From Myxococcota bacterium (GTDB lineage Bacteria > Myxococcota_A > UBA9042 > PHBI01 > JAWLBL01), in the NCBI GenBank assembly GCA_041687695.1, contig JAWLBL010000033.1:28014-92013 (forward strand): a stretch of DNA of 64,000 nucleotides, in the 5' to 3' direction. A program made the position numbers and the translations under genes. How positions within the stretch are numbered: position 1 is the first letter of the stretch; each line of letters starts with the position of its first letter. A model generated the notes under the pieces. That model searched no databases. It was not told the origin of the DNA and saw only the letters and a program-made list of their open reading frames with translations. Positions 57,095 to 64,000 of the stretch are shown here, one piece after another.

Positions 57095-59988
57095 TGGCGC
57101 GCCGCCTCCGGCTGCTCGCAGTGCTGCTCGCCGCGCTGCTGCTGGCCCCGGCCGCCGCCGCGGCCCCGCCGGCCCCCCACCCCTGGTGCGACGCCTCGCT
57201 ACGCCCGCTCGCCGACGCCCGCGCCGCCGCCGCCGACCCGGCCTCGGGCTTCCCCGACCAGGCCGCCTCCGTCTGGGGCCCGCTGATGATGGCCCAGCGC
57301 GCCGTCGACGTCGGCGAGCACGTCCGCGGCCGCCAGTACGCCGAGGCCGCCGTCACCGCCTGCGAGCGCGCCCTCCCGCCGGACCACCCCGAGCTTGCTC
57401 GCGCCCTGCTGCTGCTCGGCCACCTGCTCACCCAGGGCCTGCGCCCCAGCGAGGCCGAGGCCCCCCTGCGCCGCGCCCTCGCGCTGCGCGAGCAGGCCTG
57501 CGGCCCCGATCACCCGGCCACCGCGGCCTCCCTGGCCGCCCTGGGCGCGCAGCGCCTGCGCGTCGGCGCCACCGCCGCGGCCGGCGCCCTGCTGTGGCGC
57601 GCCCACGCCATCGCCAACCGGACCGCGCCCGACTCGCTGCTGATGGCCCAGGTGCTTCGAGCCCTGGCCCAGCAGCTCGAGGACGCCGGCGCCGACCCCC
57701 GCGCCCAGACCCTGCTCGAGCAGGCCGACGCCCTCCTGCAGCGCCACGACGCCATCAGCGTCGCCCGCGCCGATCTGCTGCGGCAACGCTCGCGCCTGCA
57801 CGCCGACCGCGGCGACGCCGCCGTGGCCCTCGAGCTGCTCACCCAGGCGGTCGCCGTCTTCGAGATGGCCACCGACGTGGGCGACCCCCGCCGCGCCGAC
57901 GCCCTGGCCGAGCTGGCCACCCTGCAGCTGAAGGCCGGCCAGCTCGATCTCGCCGAGCGCCTCCTCGGCCTCGCCCACTGGGTCCACGAGGCCATCCTCG
58001 GCGCGCGCCACCCCGCCGTCGCCGCCGATCTCGCCGCCCTCGCGCGCCTGCAGCACCAGCGCGGCGAGCCGGCCCGCGCCGAGATCTACGACTGGCGCGC
58101 CCTGGCCATCCGAGAGGCCGCCCACGGCCCGCGCCACCCCGCGGTCGCCGAGTCCCTGTCCGCCCTGGCCACCAGCTACCTGGGCCGCGGCGACCGCGCG
58201 ACCGCCCGCCGCCTGTGGCAGCGCGCCCTCGACGTCTTCGTGGGCGCCCTCGGCCCCGATCACCCCAGCGCCGCCGAGACCCGCCGCCGTCTGGCCGATC
58301 TGGACGCCCTCGAGGGCCAGCTCGACCGCGCCATCGAGCAGACCCGCCTCGCCGAGGACAGCCGCGAGAAGAGCCTCGGCCTCATCCTCTCGGTCGGCTC
58401 CGAGCGCCAGCGGCGCCTGTACCTGCGCACCCTCGACGAGGAGACCGACCGCACCCTGACCCTGCACCTGCGCCTCGCCCCCGACGACCCGGCCGCCGCC
58501 CGCCTCGCGCTGCGCACGGTGCTGCGCCGCAAGGGCAGGGTGCTCGACGCCATGAGCGACAGCCTCGCCGCCCTGCGCGCCCGCCTCGCCCCGACCCAGC
58601 GCGCCCTGCTCGACGGCCTGGCCGCCCTGCGCTCCGAGCTGGCCACCCGCGCCCTGGCCGGTCCCGGCGACGACAGCGCCGAGGCCTTCACCCAGGCGCT
58701 GGCCGCCCTGCAGCAGCGGGTCCAGCAGGCCGAGGCCGCGCTGTCGCAGACCGCCCGCCCGCCCGCGCCGCCGCCCGCCGCCACCGTCTCGGCGGTGCAG
58801 GCGGCCCTGCCCAAGGACGCGGCGCTGGTCGAGCTGGTCGCCTGGACCCCGCGCCCGCCCGGCCTGGCGCCGCCCAGCGAGCCCCGCCGCTACGCCGCCT
58901 GCGTGCTGCGCCCCGACGGCCGCCTGCAGTGGACCGATCTGGGCCCCGCCGAGCCCATCGACTACGCCATCAAGATGGCCCGCAAGGCCCTCAGCGATCC
59001 GGAGCGCGACGACGCCCTGCGCCGCGGCCGCACCCTGTACGATCTGGTGCTGGCGCCGCTCGCGCCCGCCCTCGAGGGGGCCCGCCACCTGCTGATCTCG
59101 CCCGACGGGCCGCTCAACCTGGTCCCCTTCGCCGCTTTCGTGCTGCCCGACGAGCGCTACCTCATAGAGGCCTACACCGTCAGCTACCTCAGCTCGGCCC
59201 GCGATCTGCTGCGCGCCTCCGCCGCCGCCAAGGCCCGCGCCGCCCCCGCCATCGTCGCCGCCCCCGACTTCTCGGCCGCCTCACCGGCGCCCCCGGCCGC
59301 GTCCGGCGACGCTCCGCCGGCCGCCCGCCGCTCGGCGAAGCTGCGCGGCATGACCTTCGACCCGCTGCCCGGCACCTCGGACGAGGCGACCGCGCTCAAA
59401 GCCCTGCTCGGCAAGCCGACCCTGCTGCTCGACAAGAGAGCCACCGAGTCCGCGCTCAAGGCCCTGCGCGGCCCGCGGCTGCTGCACGTCGCGACCCACG
59501 GCTTCTTCCTGGACCACACGGCCGAGGCCGACGGGGCCGGCGCGCTCGAGAACCCGCTGCTGCGCTCGGGGCTGGCGCTGGCCGGCGCCAACGTCCGTTC
59601 GGGGGCGCGCGACACGGCGGGCGCCGACGACGGCATCCTGACGGCGCTAGAGGCCTCCAGCCTGGATCTGGCGGGCACCCGCGTCGTCGTCCTGTCGGCC
59701 TGCGAGACCGGCGTGGGCGAGATCACGGCCGGCGACGGCGTGCACGGCCTGCGCCGCGCGCTGGTGCTGGCCGGCTCGCAGAGCCAGGTGATGAGCCTGT
59801 GGGAGGTCGACGATCTGGCCACCCGCGACCTGATGATCGCCCTGTACGGCAAGCTCGAGGCCGGCACCAGCCGCGCCGAGGCCATCCGCGAGGCCCAGCT
59901 CGCCCTGCTGCGCGACCCGATGCGCAGCCACCCCTTCTACTGGGCGGCCTTCATCCTCTCCGGCGACTGGGGGCGCCTGCCCCGATGA
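57094..59988 (+). CDS. Exported TPR-CHAT (caspase-like) protease
   Basis: Signal peptide; kinesin-light-chain-type TPRs (LGPDHP); ISPDGPLNLVPF, HVATHGFF, NPLLRSGLALAGA, VLSACETG, SLWEVDD, HPFYWAAF. Confidence 0.92.
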   Translation: MARRLRLLAVLLAALLLAPAAAAAPPAPHPWCDASLRPLADARAAAADPASGFPDQAASVWGPLMMAQRAVDVGEHVRGRQYAEAAVTACERALPPDHPELARALLLLGHLLTQGLRPSEAEAPLRRALALREQACGPDHPATAASLAALGAQRLRVGATAAAGALLWRAHAIANRTAPDSLLMAQVLRALAQQLEDAGADPRAQTLLEQADALLQRHDAISVARADLLRQRSRLHADRGDAAVALELLTQAVAVFEMATDVGDPRRADALAELATLQLKAGQLDLAERLLGLAHWVHEAILGARHPAVAADLAALARLQHQRGEPARAEIYDWRALAIREAAHGPRHPAVAESLSALATSYLGRGDRATARRLWQRALDVFVGALGPDHPSAAETRRRLADLDALEGQLDRAIEQTRLAEDSREKSLGLILSVGSERQRRLYLRTLDEETDRTLTLHLRLAPDDPAAARLALRTVLRRKGRVLDAMSDSLAALRARLAPTQRALLDGLAALRSELATRALAGPGDDSAEAFTQALAALQQRVQQAEAALSQTARPPAPPPAATVSAVQAALPKDAALVELVAWTPRPPGLAPPSEPRRYAACVLRPDGRLQWTDLGPAEPIDYAIKMARKALSDPERDDALRRGRTLYDLVLAPLAPALEGARHLLISPDGPLNLVPFAAFVLPDERYLIEAYTVSYLSSARDLLRASAAAKARAAPAIVAAPDFSAASPAPPAASGDAPPAARRSAKLRGMTFDPLPGTSDEATALKALLGKPTLLLDKRATESALKALRGPRLLHVATHGFFLDHTAEADGAGALENPLLRSGLALAGANVRSGARDTAGADDGILTALEASSLDLAGTRVVVLSACETGVGEITAGDGVHGLRRALVLAGSQSQVMSLWEVDDLATRDLMIALYGKLEAGTSRAEAIREAQLALLRDPMRSHPFYWAAFILSGDWGRLPR

Positions 59989-60974
59989 ACCTGCTCGCCA
60001 CCCTGCTCACCGCCGCCGCGCTCGCGGCCCCGCCCGCGCCGGCCCCCTCGACCGCGCCCTCGAGTGCCCCATCGACCGCCACCGTCGCCTTGCCCTCGGG
60101 CGCCCGGGTCCAGGTCCCCGGCGCGGCCGCCGACTGGACGCCCGAGGTCCTGCCCGACGGCTCCCGGCAGTGGGAGACGCTGACCCGCGCGGCCCCCGGC
60201 GCTCCGGCCTTGCAGGTCGCGCTGCAGGTGCGCCGTGGCCCCACCCTCTGCTGGCTGGCGCTGGCGCCCGCCGCCCGCTTCGTCGCCGGCGCCGAGCTGG
60301 GCCCGCGCCCCTGGCTGCCGCCCGGCTGGCACCCCGACGCGGTGCAGGTCCCGCTCCAGTCCGGCGCCCGCGCCTTCGCCTGCGCCGACCTGCCCGACGG
60401 GGTGCTGGTGGCGGTCGTCACCACCGGCGGCCCCGATCTGGCGGCCGCCGCGCTCGAAGCCCAGCCCATCCTCTCCTCCTACGCGCGCCACGTGCTGTGG
60501 CAGGGCGCCGCCCCGCCCGATGGCCCGCGGCCCCAGGCGCTGCCCGCCAGCCGGCTCACCGCGACCCTGCCCGCCGACTGGCGCTTCGAGGCCCGCTCCG
60601 GCCTGGACGTCCTGCAGCGGATGCGGCTGGGGGTGCCGGCCCTGGCCGTGGGGCTGACCCGCGACAGCTTCGACTGCGCCTTCTGGGAGAACGGCCGGCG
60701 GGTCGACCCCAAGCCCTACGCGCGCCTCATCCCGCGGCCCGCCTGGGTGGGCGCGGCCTGGGCGGCGGTGGCGGTCGAGATCCCCGAGCCGCGCGGCCAC
60801 ACGCTCGAGCTGTGCCTGGACGTCGGCGGCGAGCACGTCGTGGCCAGCCTCCAGTACGGCGGCCGCATCGACGACCCGGATCTCGCGGAGGCCGCGCCGA
60901 TCCTGTCGTCCCTGGCCGCGCCCGCCCCGCCGCTCCCCGGCAAGCCCGGCGCCGCTGGACGCCCGCGCCGCTGA
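59985..60974 (+). CDS. Hypothetical exported protein with an internally duplicated domain
   Basis: ATGA overlap with the CHAT stop; signal-like N-terminus; two ~145-aa units each ending PILSS. Confidence 0.7.
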   Translation: MNLLATLLTAAALAAPPAPAPSTAPSSAPSTATVALPSGARVQVPGAAADWTPEVLPDGSRQWETLTRAAPGAPALQVALQVRRGPTLCWLALAPAARFVAGAELGPRPWLPPGWHPDAVQVPLQSGARAFACADLPDGVLVAVVTTGGPDLAAAALEAQPILSSYARHVLWQGAAPPDGPRPQALPASRLTATLPADWRFEARSGLDVLQRMRLGVPALAVGLTRDSFDCAFWENGRRVDPKPYARLIPRPAWVGAAWAAVAVEIPEPRGHTLELCLDVGGEHVVASLQYGGRIDDPDLAEAAPILSSLAAPAPPLPGKPGAAGRPRR

Positions 60975-61096
60975 CCCCAGCCGGGAACCCCTGACGAATC
61001 GCGTGGTTGCCCCTCCCCGAGGTTGTCTGCAGGCGCCGAGTGCCTCATTGTCCGCGGCGGCCGCGGCGTCGGGTGCCGCGGCGAAGGGGAGCGTAG

Positions 61097-63832
<2,736 letters not shown>

Positions 63833-63890
63833 CCCCAGCCCCCCGGCTCCCAGCCTTCCCCCGGCCTTCCCATCCCCGGCCGCGCCTCCC

Positions 63891-64000
63891 CTGGAGTGCC
63901 CCCGCTTGCGGGGGCTCGTTGGATCGGCGCCGCTAGCGGCGCCCGTCCCCCCGCGCCCGCCGGCTTCCAGAGGGTGTCGCGAAAGCCCGACCGGAGTGCT
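63891..64000. repeat. Second REP-like cluster, truncated by the window end
   Basis: GGAGT-GCCCCCGC-TT-GCGGGGGC, GGCGCCGC-TA-GCGGCGCC, then CTTCCAGAGGG..AAAGCCC.ACCGGAGTGCT as at 47958-47994. Confidence 0.8.

Noticed and set aside
57094..59988. TPR-CHAT as part of a type III-E CRISPR (Craspase) or other known defence locus
   Set aside because: No cas, NTPase or sigma/anti-sigma neighbours are visible, and the protein has a signal peptide.

Overview
Very GC-rich bacterial chromosomal DNA, densely coding (about 56 plausible CDS). Gene content (Cys-rich surface lipoproteins, Hanks-type kinase, hybrid histidine kinases, TPR-CHAT) suggests a Myxococcota/Deltaproteobacteria-like organism; this is inference. 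Recognisable blocks: a membrane/secreted protein trio plus diheme cytochrome c and BON-LysM (0.7-5 kb); RNase D and an alkyl-DHAP-synthase-like flavoprotein; a ~1900-aa Cys-rich/PKD/beta-helix lipoprotein; stress-type genes (17-26 kb); a molybdenum-cofactor cluster around an FdhF/YdeP enzyme (fdhD, moaA, moaD, moaE, moeA, mobA, moaC-moaB fusion); an orphan Dam-type methylase; signalling genes; a histidine phosphatase/acyl-CoA dehydrogenase/phosphotransferase operon. The best candidate for an undescribed system is a six-gene run (52.7-61.0 kb) of exported proteins combining a serine protease, an M48-like metalloprotease and a caspase-like TPR-CHAT protease behind an ECF-type promoter. Non-coding signals: a 158-bp MITE-like element with 20-bp TIRs and a TCA target duplication, a GGAGT-tagged REP hairpin family showing compensatory changes, an in-frame 24-bp tandem repeat in moeA, and repeated leaderless-type -10 boxes. 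No rRNA, tRNA, CRISPR array or transposase was seen. All family calls come from motif recognition by eye, not database searches, and start codons were re-picked manually.
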